DNA of 64,000 bases from assembly GCA_965226795.1 (NCBI GenBank), contig CBDDDZ010000005.1, forward strand, positions 832,001-896,000, written 5' to 3'. The position numbers were made by a program, and so were the translations under genes. The stretch comes from Candidatus Latescibacterota bacterium. GTDB taxonomy: Bacteria > Latescibacterota > UBA2968 > GCA-2709665. The notes under the pieces were generated by a model, which did no database searches, was not told the DNA's origin, and worked only from the letters and a program-made list of their open reading frames with translations. Position 1 is the first letter of the stretch. Every line of letters starts with the position of its first letter. This document shows positions 49,166 through 59,545 of this stretch, piece by piece.

Positions 49166-49275
49166 CGGCGTCATGTTGTCATCGACGGGCCCGGAACCGG
49201 CCTACGATAGGTTCGATTCGATGCATACCGGGGTTTCAAATCGCGCATAAGTAATTGAAAGTACATAGCTTCTGT

Positions 49276-49830
49276 ATGAATTCAAACCGGCACATCAAAA
49301 CCCCAAACCTTCGCCCGCGGCTGCGCGCCTCGGGGTTGGTGCTGCCGCTGATAGCCTTTGTCGGTTTCACCTTCGCGGCGCCGCTTGCGACGATGCTGGT
49401 GCGAAGCGTGTACGATCCCGTGGTTGCAGACGCCATGCCCCGGACGCTCGCCCTGTTAAAAGAATGGGACGGCCAGGGTGCTCCTCACGAGGCGGTCTAC
49501 GAATCCGCCGCGCGTGAACTCGTGAAGGCGCGCGCGGCCGCGAGCCTCGGCGCCGGGCCCGTGCGTATCTTTCGACGCGTGCAACTGCCGCTGATCGCGC
49601 CCGGCGTGATCTCGGGGGCGCTCTTCGCTTTCGCAACGTCCTTCGATGAAGTGGTCGTGGTACTGTTCATGGCCGCTATCGAACAGCGTACGATTCCGCG
49701 CCAGATGTGGGCCAGTATCCGTGAGCAGATCAGCCCCACCATCCTGGCGGTGGCGACATTCCTGATTGTCTTTGCCGTCCTGCTGCTATTCGCCGTTGAA
49801 TGGATGCGGAGGCGTTCCGCTTCGAGATAA
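49276..49830 (+). pseudogene. Chimeric PotB'/'PotC ABC permease from an in-frame internal deletion
   Basis: PotB-like N-terminus ('LVRSVYDPVVADAMPRT') joined directly to a PotC-like C-terminus ('AASLGA...SFDEVVV...TIPRQMW'); only 184 aa. Confidence 0.7.
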
Positions 49831-49921
49831 GCCGCCGGCGAAACGCGCAGGTTGCGGCATTTCACCGCATTTGCGCCAAAAATAAACCGATCAACCGAAC
49901 AGAGGATCCAAAGGTCGCCCA

Positions 49922-51031
49922 ATGCACGAAAAAGACAATGCGTACGTCGAGTTCGAGGGTGTCAGCAAGAGTTTCGACGGCCGTACCCTCATCGTCGACA
50001 ACCTCGATCTCGGCGTCCGGAAGGGGGAGTTCCTGACCTTGCTCGGGCCGTCCGGATCGGGCAAGACAACCTGCCTGTTGATGCTCGCCGGCTTCGAAAC
50101 GCCCTCCTCGGGCGCGATCCGTATCGACGGGCGTTCCGTACATGCGCTGCCGCCGCGCAAGCGCGGGATCGGCATGGTCTTTCAGAATTACGCGCTCTTC
50201 CCCCACATGACGGTAGGTCACAACCTCGCCTTTCCTCTGGAGGTGCGCGGGCTCGACCCGGCGCAATGCAGGGAACGCGTGGCGCGAGCCCTGCGCCTCG
50301 TCCGCCTCGATGGCCTTGAGGACCGACGGCCCGCCCAGCTCTCCGGGGGCCAGCAGCAGCGTGTGGCCATCGCCCGCGCGCTGGTCTTCGAGCCCGATCT
50401 GGTGCTGATGGACGAGCCGCTCGGTGCGCTTGACCGCCGCCTGCGGGAGGAGATGCAATATGAGATCCGGCGTATCCACAAGAGCCTGGGCGTCACCGTG
50501 TTGTACGTAACGCCCGATCAGGAGGAGGCGATGGTCATGTCGGACCGGATCGCCGTGCTTCGGGGCGGAGACATCGAGCAGGTCGCCGAACCCGAGGTTC
50601 TCTACGAAGAGCCGGAACGCTCGTTTGTCGCCCGCTTCATCGGCGAAAACAATCGCCTGCACGGCCGGGTGACGAAAGTGGTCGGGGACATCTGCGAGGT
50701 CGAGACGAGCGGTCAGGTCATCAGCGCACTTCGCGTTGCGCCGTGCGGTTCGGGAGACGCCACAACCCTTTCGATCCGACCGGAGCGGGTCGCGATCTCG
50801 CCTGAACCCGGTCTATATACGAACGAACTCGACGCAATAATCGAGGATATCACTTTTCTGGGCGACCACCTGCGGGTTCGTGTTAGTGTCTGCGGACGTA
50901 CGGATTTTATTGCGAAAATACCGAATATCGCGGGGCACGGCGCGATGCTGGCGGGCGACCGGGTTCGGATCGGATGGACGCCGACGGACTGCCGGGTGCT
51001 GGACCCGGATGACGAGGCGGAAACGATATGA
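49922..51031 (+). CDS. PotA-like ABC ATP-binding protein with His-to-Pro change in the H-loop
   Basis: 'GPSGSGKT', 'LSGGQQQR', 'LMDEP', TOBE tail; 'YVTPDQEEA' instead of YVTHDQEEA. Confidence 0.9.
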   Translation: MHEKDNAYVEFEGVSKSFDGRTLIVDNLDLGVRKGEFLTLLGPSGSGKTTCLLMLAGFETPSSGAIRIDGRSVHALPPRKRGIGMVFQNYALFPHMTVGHNLAFPLEVRGLDPAQCRERVARALRLVRLDGLEDRRPAQLSGGQQQRVAIARALVFEPDLVLMDEPLGALDRRLREEMQYEIRRIHKSLGVTVLYVTPDQEEAMVMSDRIAVLRGGDIEQVAEPEVLYEEPERSFVARFIGENNRLHGRVTKVVGDICEVETSGQVISALRVAPCGSGDATTLSIRPERVAISPEPGLYTNELDAIIEDITFLGDHLRVRVSVCGRTDFIAKIPNIAGHGAMLAGDRVRIGWTPTDCRVLDPDDEAETI

Positions 51032-52128
51032 AAGACGTTGGGAGGAAGGTCGTCCGTATCGCGAGGCTGGTGGGCCTGTCCGTGCTGATCGCGGGTACCT
51101 CCGTTGCCGGTGAACGACCGCTGACCGTGGTGTCGTGGGGCGGGTCCTACGCCCGTGCGTGCGTTAAGGGATACCACGAGCGGTTCACCGCCGAAACAGG
51201 GATTGTCGTCAATATGGAAGATTTCAACGGCGGCCTGGCGCAGGTCCGCGCGCAGGTGGACGTGGGAAACGTATTCTGGGACGTGGTGGACCTGGAGATT
51301 GCCGACTTGGTGCGCGGCTGCAACGAGGGCCTGCTGAAGCCCATTTCGGTGGAATCACTGCCCGCCGGGGCAGACGGAACGCCCGCTGCGGAAGACTTTC
51401 TCCCCGGTACGGTAACGGAATGCGGTGCGACGACACTGTTCAGTTCCACCATATTCGCTTACAACAAGCAGCATATTTCCGGCGAGAAACCCGCCGCCAT
51501 CGCCGACTTCTTCGATCTAAAGCGATTTCCGGGACGCCGTGGCATGCGGCGTTCGCCCCTGGTGAACCTCGAGTTCGCCCTGATGGCCGACGGCGTGCCC
51601 ATTGACTCGGTCTACGCCACGCTCGATACGCCGGAAGGTGTGGACCGCGCCTTCCGCAAGCTGGACACCATCAAGGAATACGTCGTATGGTGGGAGGCCG
51701 GGGCGCAGCCGCCGCAGATGCTGGCCGACGGAGAGGTCGTGATGACAACGGCCTACAATGGACGTATCTTCAATGCCCAGGTGCTGGAGAATCAGCCCTT
51801 TGTCATCGTGTGGGACGGCCAGTTCTTCAGCACGAGCGGGCTCGCGGTTGTCGCGGGAACCCCCAATCTCGATGCCGCAATGAAGTTTGTGAATTTTGCC
51901 GCGCGCGCGGAATCCATGGCCGGCCTGGGCCGGTATATTTCCTACAGCCCGGCGCGCCGGTCCGCGATGGCCCTGATTGACACGCACGCAGAGAAAGGCG
52001 TGGATATGAATCCGCACATGCCCACCAGTCCTCAGAATATGAAGCGCGCCCTGCGGAGCAACTGGGAATGGTGGAGCGATCACCTGGACGAAATGAACGA
52101 GCGCTTCAGCGCCTGGCTGGCGCGCTGA
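51028..52128 (+). CDS. Polyamine-type (PotD/PotF-like) ABC substrate-binding protein
   Basis: Signal peptide, 'LTVVSWGGSY', 'WDVVD', 'FPGRRGMR' and 'AYNGR'. Confidence 0.9.
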   Translation: MKDVGRKVVRIARLVGLSVLIAGTSVAGERPLTVVSWGGSYARACVKGYHERFTAETGIVVNMEDFNGGLAQVRAQVDVGNVFWDVVDLEIADLVRGCNEGLLKPISVESLPAGADGTPAAEDFLPGTVTECGATTLFSSTIFAYNKQHISGEKPAAIADFFDLKRFPGRRGMRRSPLVNLEFALMADGVPIDSVYATLDTPEGVDRAFRKLDTIKEYVVWWEAGAQPPQMLADGEVVMTTAYNGRIFNAQVLENQPFVIVWDGQFFSTSGLAVVAGTPNLDAAMKFVNFAARAESMAGLGRYISYSPARRSAMALIDTHAEKGVDMNPHMPTSPQNMKRALRSNWEWWSDHLDEMNERFSAWLAR

Positions 52129-52209
52129 CGGCGATTCCCATTCACGATAGACGGCTGTCTTAAGGTTGCGGTCGTCGAAATCCAAGGCGGCACCGGAAAG
52201 TCACGGAAA

Positions 52210-54253
52210 ATGGAAACACAGCGGAATCTCGCACTTGACGATCCACATACCCGTACACGGAGCGAGGGGCTGGAAGTGGTCTATGCGTCCGCTACCGGTT
52301 CGGCGACGTTTGAAAGGGCGGCTCTATTTGGCGGCTTTACAGCCATGCGTGCGTTCACGTATACGCCAAGCATACCCATGATTATGGGGCTGCTCAGGGA
52401 CTACGACTACGAGGATTTCGAGTGTATTTTCGGACACAGCGGTATCCTGTCCCGGGACGCTGCCGACCTGTTGGCGTTCCAGGCCGTTGTTGATGAAAAG
52501 CTGAATAAGGGATTCGTCGGAATCAAGGATCTCTCCGAAGGACGCAGAAAAACCATTTACGATCGAGCGGCGGATGAGACCGCTCGGTTTTTTGTCGTCA
52601 AGGACGTTATCGCGCACGCCAAAATCTATCTTTTGGAGCGGGAAGGACTTCGGAGGGTCGTTGTCGGCTCGGCAAACCTTTCGGAGACAGCGTTCTCCGG
52701 GCGCCAGGCCGAGACGTTGATTGCCTTCGACAACGACAGCGTGGCATGGGACCATTTCAGTTGCCAGTACGATGCGGTCCGGGAAATTGCTTCGAGCCGG
52801 GTACCTCTGCGGGAAAAGCCCATACCGGCCGAGCTCATGCCGATCGAAGAGACACCTGCACTGAAGCAGGCCGAAAGCAGCAGCAACGGCGTCTCGATTT
52901 TTGTTCCGGCCGAAAACGAAGGCGAGCCCGAATTCAGCGTACCTCAAGTCCTTTCACAGGTTGAACAGATCAAGCCGGTCCGCCGGCAGGCGCTGGCCGA
53001 CATCCGCAAGGACAAAAACGGAATCATCAAATTCACGGCAAAGATCGTCAAACAGATGACGCGCATCGGCACGTCCAGGCATGAGGAGGAGGGTCCGAAG
53101 ACGTACCTTTCCTGCAACGGCAGTGTCTTCACGCTCTCTGGTCGTGAATTCAGCCTTGAGGTCGACCCCTCTCAGGTCCGCAGTGACGTCGGGTGCCTGG
53201 TTGGAGTTCTTCGGGAATTATGAGAATGGATTCGTGGGTGATATTTCCAGGTTGCAGCGGGATTACTTCACATTCATGTGCTGGTTCTATTTTTCGCCGT
53301 TGATGTGCGACCTGAGAAATGCCGCCCTGCGCCAAAGCCGCTTCAGCTTCGACCAGCCGATGTTCGCGGTTCTCTACGGGCAGAGCAATTGCGGCAAGAG
53401 TAGCCTTATCGAGACGCTGATGGCGTCGATGTTTTCGCACCCCAGAATCGTCGAGACGCAGTATTTCACGCGCAGCAACCTTCGCGGTTTGCAGGAATCC
53501 TATAAGCGTTTTCCAGTGGTGTTTGATGATGTCACGCGAGATCGCTTCAGCCGTCATGCCCCCGAAATCATTAAGAATGAGACGATTACGTATTCGGAGT
53601 ACCCGTGTTTTGCGCTTTCCATGAACGCCGATGCGCGAAGCTTTTTGCCTGAAATCGTAAAACGCTGCCTGATGATATATACGAGAACGTCGCTTCCGGG
53701 TGACGATCCCACCGCCCGTCGAAAACTCCAGAGGTCCGTCGCATCGATTCGGGAAAGGCTTACCACGTCCCTCTACCGGTTGTATCTGAAGAGGATGCTT
53801 GCGGAGATGGATGCCCTGCGCGAATCTGACGGATCGGAGGGCGATGACGTGGATGCGCTCGAGCTTTCGTCAACCGTGTTATGCCGCATTTTCGAGGAGA
53901 ATCTGCCGTCCGGAACCGAAATCCCTACATGGTGCTCACCCATGACCTTGAGTGAATATCAGAGCCGCGCGTTTGAAAGGCCACGCCTTATACTTGCCAA
54001 TCTTCTGCACCCGGACAAATACAGCGTTGAACGCAAACCTGCAGCCGGCAGTTGGACCACTACAGGAGACGCTGTAATCATCGCGGCGGATATTATGGCG
54101 TCCAGCCGCATGAAAAGCGATATTCCGGACTGGATCCTGGACGATACCGCAAGCGTATCGGACCAGATCGTCCTTAATCGCGACCGGTTGGAATCGTTTC
54201 TGGAACAACGCGTGAGCCCCCCGAGTCGCTGGCGCCGCCTATTCGGAGCCTGA
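52210..54253 (+). CDS. PLD-superfamily nuclease fused to a P-loop NTPase, with a 1-nt frameshift near 53191 (about 680 aa if repaired)
   Basis: 'HAKIYLL...GSANLS...Q.E' in the first frame; Walker A 'GQSNCGKSS' and Walker B 'VVFDD' in the second. Removing one G from GGG joins them. Confidence 0.7.
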
Positions 54254-54305
54254 GATGACCTGTGCGTGCAGGCGTCTATTCGACAATCACTGAGTGAGGT
54301 TCGCA

Positions 54306-55505
54306 ATGGCCGGAGAACGGAAACTGAGGATTGCGCAGGTGGGCTGCGGCAGCCGCGGGCTGGGCGTACGGCTGCCGGCGATCCGGATGATGTCGGACGT
54401 CTTCGAATTCGCCGCCGTGTGCGACGTGGATGCGGGTAAAGCGCGCGCAGTCGGCGCGGAATATGGGGTCCCTGCTTATTCGCGTGTTCAGGATCTGGCG
54501 GCGAATGAAGACCTGGACATCGCGGCCGTGAGTACGCCGGGCGACTCACACCACGCCATCGGCGCCTATCTGGCTGAGCGAGGCGTGAATCTCATCGTGG
54601 AGACCCCAATTTCTCCGACGCTGCAGACTGCCGACGTCCTGATCGGAGGCGCCGAGCGAGGCGGGGTGAAGCTGGAGGTTGCCGAACAGTTTTTCCGGGA
54701 ACCTATACATCTGATGAAGCGACGGGCGATCGAAGCCGGGGCTATTGGGGACGTTCTGCGGGTTTTCTCCCTGTTTCAGACGGGCGGCTATCACATCGTG
54801 AGCAATGTGCGGGCGATGGTGTGCGATTCCGAGGCCATACGGGTCACCGGCCTGGCGATGAATTCGCCGATTCCCAGGGTAAATATCAGCGAGATTCGGC
54901 AGTATGAAACCGAATACTGGACGATGGATCTGGTCGAGTTCGAGAACGGGGCATTGGCCGTGATGTCCTATTCATCCATGTATCACGGGCGGGCGCTCGG
55001 GCGCAAGAGCAAAACGTTGTTTCAGGTGGACGGTACCACGGGGACGATCGTGGAGGATGAGTTGCATACGACCACGGAAGCGCAGCGCCTGAATGGTGGC
55101 CGCGCCACCGTCTGCCCGATCAGGACGGAAACGCGCGAAATGAATGGGATGCAGGTGCTCGACCGGATGGTGGTGGAGACCGACCCACCGCTGGTGTGGG
55201 AGAATCCGTGGTCCCAGTACCGGACGCCTCCGGGCGGGTTGGCGATCGTGGAAGAAATGGACAGCATCGCACGAGCGGTTCTGGACGACCTGCCAACCCG
55301 ATATGACGGGAGGCGGGCTCGGAAGGACATCGAGATCGAATTGGCGGTGGCGGAGTCCGGGCGGCTGGGTCGGAAACCGGTGGACTTGCCGTTGAAGGAA
55401 CCCACGGCGAGAGAAACGAGACTTCTTGAACAATTCGTGCGGGATTACGCGTGCGATCCGTTCGACGTGGAAGCTTGCGTGGATGTATTCTTTCCGAAGA
55501 GGTAG
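54306..55505 (+). CDS. Gfo/Idh/MocA NAD(P)-dependent oxidoreductase
   Basis: 'VGCGSRG' Rossmann motif, 'AVCD', 'TPGDSH' and 'VETP'. Confidence 0.9.
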   Translation: MAGERKLRIAQVGCGSRGLGVRLPAIRMMSDVFEFAAVCDVDAGKARAVGAEYGVPAYSRVQDLAANEDLDIAAVSTPGDSHHAIGAYLAERGVNLIVETPISPTLQTADVLIGGAERGGVKLEVAEQFFREPIHLMKRRAIEAGAIGDVLRVFSLFQTGGYHIVSNVRAMVCDSEAIRVTGLAMNSPIPRVNISEIRQYETEYWTMDLVEFENGALAVMSYSSMYHGRALGRKSKTLFQVDGTTGTIVEDELHTTTEAQRLNGGRATVCPIRTETREMNGMQVLDRMVVETDPPLVWENPWSQYRTPPGGLAIVEEMDSIARAVLDDLPTRYDGRRARKDIEIELAVAESGRLGRKPVDLPLKEPTARETRLLEQFVRDYACDPFDVEACVDVFFPKR

Positions 55506-55544
55506 TTGATTTCCCTGGAACTCCGAGTCCCGGAGATGTCGAGA

Positions 55545-56645
55545 ATGGGTAAAGGTCGCACATTCCCACCCGAGGAAAGAACCCTGACGGACGAAAAAAC
55601 GGGTGCATCCATCCGTCAGATCACGGATCATCCCTCGACCAATCACAATCTGTACTTTTCGAACCCCTCGTGGACGCCCGACGGAAAAACCATCGTGTTT
55701 ACCTCGTATCGTTCCGGACGACCCAACCTCTTCAAAATGGACGAGGCCAGTGGCGCGATAACGCAGTTGACCGATACGGAAGGGTTCGGGGGCTTCGCCG
55801 CCTGCCCGGCACGCGACGGGAACCGGGTATTTTACAATGCCGCCGGAAAAGTACGCGCCGTGGACCTGGACACATTGGAGGAATCGGTTCTCGCCGATTT
55901 CGGTAGGGGTAGCGCGGGCGGGTGCAGTCTCTCGGCGGATGGAAAGCGCCTGGTGACCTCGTTGCAGCGAAACGGATATTCGGCGGTGGTTGCCGTGGAG
56001 ACAGACGGGTCCGGATACCGCGTGGTGCGTGAACCGCCCCGCGCCGTCGGCCATGTACAGGTCTGCCCGGTCGATCCGGACCTGATGCTGTATTCGAGCG
56101 ACGTGAATCAGCGTATGTGGGAGGTGAGGATTGACGGAAGCGGCGAACGCGCGCTGTTTGAACACGACAGGTCGGTATGGATTACCCACGAGACGTTTCT
56201 GGGCCGCTCCGATGAAGTGATGTTCGTACACTGGCCCTGTGCCCTGCGGGCAATCAGGGCGGGGGAGGACGAAGATCGGACCATTGCAGCGTTCAATGTC
56301 TGGCATCCTTCGCCACGTCCGGATGGATCCCTCATTGTATGCGACACCACCTGTCCGGATATAGGGTTGCAACTTATCGATCCGAAGACCGGGGAACACC
56401 AGACGCTGTGCTTTCCAGGCAGTTCCAATGGGGGTTCGCAGTGGGCGGACACGGTCCCCGCGGATGACGACAAGACCGTTCCTGAAACTTACGGACCCCA
56501 GTGGTCCCACCCACACCCCTCGTTCAGTCCCGACGGGAAGCGGGTCATCTTTACCTCGGATCGAACCGGCAGCAGCCAGATTTACGTGGTGGATGTGCCC
56601 GATAAGGGCGCGCCCTTTGCTACAGATGCCGCTTGCGAACTGTAG
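55545..56645 (+). CDS. Oligogalacturonate lyase/TolB-like beta-propeller
   Basis: 'TDEKTGASIRQIT', 'LYFSNPSWTPDG', 'THE' and 'HPHPSFSPDGKRVIFTSDRTG'. Confidence 0.85.
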   Translation: MGKGRTFPPEERTLTDEKTGASIRQITDHPSTNHNLYFSNPSWTPDGKTIVFTSYRSGRPNLFKMDEASGAITQLTDTEGFGGFAACPARDGNRVFYNAAGKVRAVDLDTLEESVLADFGRGSAGGCSLSADGKRLVTSLQRNGYSAVVAVETDGSGYRVVREPPRAVGHVQVCPVDPDLMLYSSDVNQRMWEVRIDGSGERALFEHDRSVWITHETFLGRSDEVMFVHWPCALRAIRAGEDEDRTIAAFNVWHPSPRPDGSLIVCDTTCPDIGLQLIDPKTGEHQTLCFPGSSNGGSQWADTVPADDDKTVPETYGPQWSHPHPSFSPDGKRVIFTSDRTGSSQIYVVDVPDKGAPFATDAACEL

Positions 56646-56657
56646 GACAAAAAATGC

Positions 56658-56689
56658 TTGACTCCCGGCGAGCAAATCTGTAGATTTGC
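56658..56689 (+). promoter_or_regulatory. Sigma70 promoter overlapped by a palindrome
   Basis: TTGACT-N17-TAGATT, with the inverted repeat GCAAATCT-GT-AGATTTGC (56672-56689) covering the -10 box. Confidence 0.65.
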
Positions 56690-56964
56690 GTTTCGCCTCT
56701 GCTTTGAATTATCCTCAATAAAATAAAGAAGATATAGACATCTGCCTCCGATGTTGCGGAGGACGGAAGCGTCCATGTCATTGCCTGGACGCTTCCTTCA
56801 GGAGTCGACGGGTTTGGGGTGACGGCCGGTAACGCAACGCGTTCAAGCCCGTCTTGCCGGTGCCGGGTCGGAACGGGCGCGACGCCTGCGAGCTGTGCGT
56901 TGAAAATTCCGGAACCGGGATACGGTTAAAGTGTTTTTTTATTAGGAAGGAGCGGAACTCCAGA

Positions 56965-57456
56965 ATGATCCGGTGGACATGGGTTCTCGGAATGGCGGCG
57001 TCGCTTGCTTTCGGGTGCGCCCGCGAGTCCGCGGACGAGCTTTTTGCAAACGGGGAGGCGGCAAGCCACAAGGAGGCGACCTATCCGCAGGCAGAGGCGC
57101 ATCTCAAGAAATTCCTGGATTTTTATCCGGATGACCCGAGGGCGGACCTGGCCATGCATGGGCTGGCGCGCGTGCTGCTGAATCGACACAAATTTGACGA
57201 GGCGATCGGGTTTTATGAGACACTGGTTCGGCGTTTCCCGGAAAGCCGATACGCGGACCAGGCCCAGTTCATGGTTGGGTACGCCTACGATCTCCAGGGA
57301 AAATATCAACGCGCTCGTGAAGCTTATCAGAAAGTCATCGATATGTTTCCTGATTCGGAATTGAACGATGATGCCTCCATTTCAATCAGGAATCTCGGGA
57401 AGCCGCCCGAAGAATGGTTTCCTGTGGATTCGACCTCAACCACAAAGGTAAACTGA
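56965..57456 (+). CDS. TPR lipoprotein (BamD/YbgF-like)
   Basis: Lipobox 'LAFGC'; TPR units ending 'YPDD', 'FPES', 'FPDS'; AGGAAGGAG RBS. Confidence 0.88.
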   Translation: MIRWTWVLGMAASLAFGCARESADELFANGEAASHKEATYPQAEAHLKKFLDFYPDDPRADLAMHGLARVLLNRHKFDEAIGFYETLVRRFPESRYADQAQFMVGYAYDLQGKYQRAREAYQKVIDMFPDSELNDDASISIRNLGKPPEEWFPVDSTSTTKVN

Positions 57457-57653
57457 ATCGGGAATGGGTGTGACTAACGATCAGGTTCGGAATGAGATCT
57501 ATACCGCCGCGCCCCGACTCGACTTCTCCCGCCGTTTCAGGCTGTCAGACAGTTCGTGAGGCCATGTCTTCTCGTAATTCTTTCACTGGAACCCAGCCGG
57601 GCGGAATGGTTATATACGGAAACCGTCCGGTCTTCTTTTTGTAGGATTCAACG

Positions 57654-58649
57654 ATGATGATTGCAGCCGATATCCAGCAACTGAACGATGAAGTGGAACG
57701 GGAGAGCGGGTTTGTCCAGCGCCTGACGGCCGAGGTGGGCCGGGTGATCGTGGGTCAGCAGTCCATGGTGGAACGGCTGTTGATCGGGCTGCTGTGCAAT
57801 GGCCACGTGCTGCTCGAAGGCGTTCCCGGTCTGGCAAAGACGTTAACCATCACGACGTTGGCGCGGGCCATTCATGCCTCGTTCAGCCGAATCCAGTTTA
57901 CACCCGATCTGTTGCCTGCGGATTTGATCGGCACCATGATCTACAACCAGGCGACCGGCGAGTTCATGCCCAAAAAGGGTCCGGTTTTCGCGCAACTTGT
58001 ACTTGCGGACGAAGTGAACAGGGCACCCGCCAAGGTTCAGAGTGCCATGCTTGAGGCGATGCAGGAGTGCCAGGTAACCATCGGCGATCAAACCTTTCCG
58101 ATGGACGATCCGTTTCTGGTTCTGGCGACGCAGAATCCCATCGAGCAGGAGGGAACCTACCCCCTTCCGGAAGCTCAGGTCGACCGCTTCATGATGAAGG
58201 TACGCGTCACCTATCCGCGGCGGGAAGAGGAGCGGGCAATTATCGATCGGATGGAGGGCGGGGAACCGCCGGTAGCAAACCCCGTAGTCCGGCCCGAGGA
58301 TATCATACGCGCGCGCGGCGTTGTCGACCGGGTGTACGTCGACGACAAGATCAAGGACTACATCGTCAGCTTGATGTTGGCAACCCGGGACCCGGCGGCC
58401 TTCGGCATTCCGGATCTCAACGCGCTGATTGAATACGGGTGTTCGCCGCGAGGATCCATTTTCCTGACGCGGGCGGCCAAGGCGCACGCCTTTTTGCGGC
58501 GCAGGGGATACGTGACGCCGGAAGATGTGAAAGCCATGGGCCTGGACATACTCCGTCACCGGGTGATTGTAACCTACGAAGCGGAGGCCGAGGAGGTCGA
58601 TTCGGAGGATATCGTCCGCCGGATATTCGATCATGTCGAGGTGCCCTGA
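57654..58649 (+). CDS. moxR: MoxR AAA+ ATPase
   Basis: 'GVPGLAKT', 'RIQFTPDLLPAD', 'LADEVNRAPAK' and 'ATQNPIEQEGTYPLPEAQVDRF'. Confidence 0.96.
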   Translation: MMIAADIQQLNDEVERESGFVQRLTAEVGRVIVGQQSMVERLLIGLLCNGHVLLEGVPGLAKTLTITTLARAIHASFSRIQFTPDLLPADLIGTMIYNQATGEFMPKKGPVFAQLVLADEVNRAPAKVQSAMLEAMQECQVTIGDQTFPMDDPFLVLATQNPIEQEGTYPLPEAQVDRFMMKVRVTYPRREEERAIIDRMEGGEPPVANPVVRPEDIIRARGVVDRVYVDDKIKDYIVSLMLATRDPAAFGIPDLNALIEYGCSPRGSIFLTRAAKAHAFLRRRGYVTPEDVKAMGLDILRHRVIVTYEAEAEEVDSEDIVRRIFDHVEVP

Positions 58650-58653
58650 CGCG

Positions 58654-59535
58654 ATGATTCCCGCCGAGATACTCAAGAAAGTCAGGCGCATCGAACTGCG
58701 CACGCGGCACCTGGTCGATACGGTGTTTTCAGGGGAGTACCATTCCGTATTCAAAGGGCAGGGGATGGCGTTTTCGGAAGTGCGGGAATACCAGGTGGGG
58801 GACGACATCCGGTCCATAGATTGGAACGTCACCGCGCGGATGGGACATCCCTTTGTGAAGGTGTACGACGAGGAACGCGAGCTTACGGTAATGCTGATGG
58901 TGGATGCCAGCGCATCCGGAGATTTCGGAACGGTTTCGCAGATGAAGGGCGAAATCGGGGTCGAGATTTGTGCCTTGCTGGCATTCTCAGCCATACAGAA
59001 CAACGATCGGGTGGGCCTGATTATCTTCACCGACGATGTGGAGGCGTTTATACCGCCGAAAAAGGGCAAGAGGCACGTGTTGCGCGTGATACGGGAACTG
59101 TTGTACTTCCGGCCCAGCCGGCGGGGTACGGACATCGGTGCGGCGCTGGACTATCTCAACCGGATCAACAAACGCAAGAGCGTGGTGTTTCTGGTTTCCG
59201 ACTTTCTGGCATCCGGCTATGAGGCCGCGTTGCGGGTGTCCGGCAGGCGACACGACCTGATTGCGGTTGTGCTTCAGGATCCCCGTGAACGTGAATTTCC
59301 GGATGTCGGTCTCGTGGAGGTGGAAGACGCGGAAACGGGCCGGGAGATGCTCGTGGATACCTCAGACCAGGAATTCCGGTATCAGTTCAGGCAGTTGACC
59401 GACAGATTGGAGGAACGGAGGGAGCAGCTGTTCCGTTCCGTTGGCATCGACCGCGTGCATATCCATACAGAGGCGTCTTATATAGACGCGCTGATGCGGT
59501 TTTTCCGGAAACGGGCGAAACAGATCGCGGTATAG
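58654..59535 (+). CDS. DUF58 (VWA-like) MoxR-associated protein
   Basis: 'FSEVREYQVGDDIRSIDWNVTAR', 'VDASAS' and 'LVSDF'. Confidence 0.93.
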   Translation: MIPAEILKKVRRIELRTRHLVDTVFSGEYHSVFKGQGMAFSEVREYQVGDDIRSIDWNVTARMGHPFVKVYDEERELTVMLMVDASASGDFGTVSQMKGEIGVEICALLAFSAIQNNDRVGLIIFTDDVEAFIPPKKGKRHVLRVIRELLYFRPSRRGTDIGAALDYLNRINKRKSVVFLVSDFLASGYEAALRVSGRRHDLIAVVLQDPREREFPDVGLVEVEDAETGREMLVDTSDQEFRYQFRQLTDRLEERREQLFRSVGIDRVHIHTEASYIDALMRFFRKRAKQIAV

Positions 59536-59545
59536 GGAGGACGTT

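Noticed and set aside
49233..49261. CRISPR-repeat-like 29-mer GTTTCAAATCGCGCATAAGTAATTGAAAG
   Set aside because: Single copy with no spacers or cas genes; more simply an inverted repeat or operator upstream of the ABC operon.
40226..59135. Long shadow ORFs (e.g. 40226-41752, 43392-44552, 54972-56675, 57843-59135)
   Set aside because: They are antisense or out-of-frame overlaps of well-supported genes, expected at high GC, and contain no motifs.
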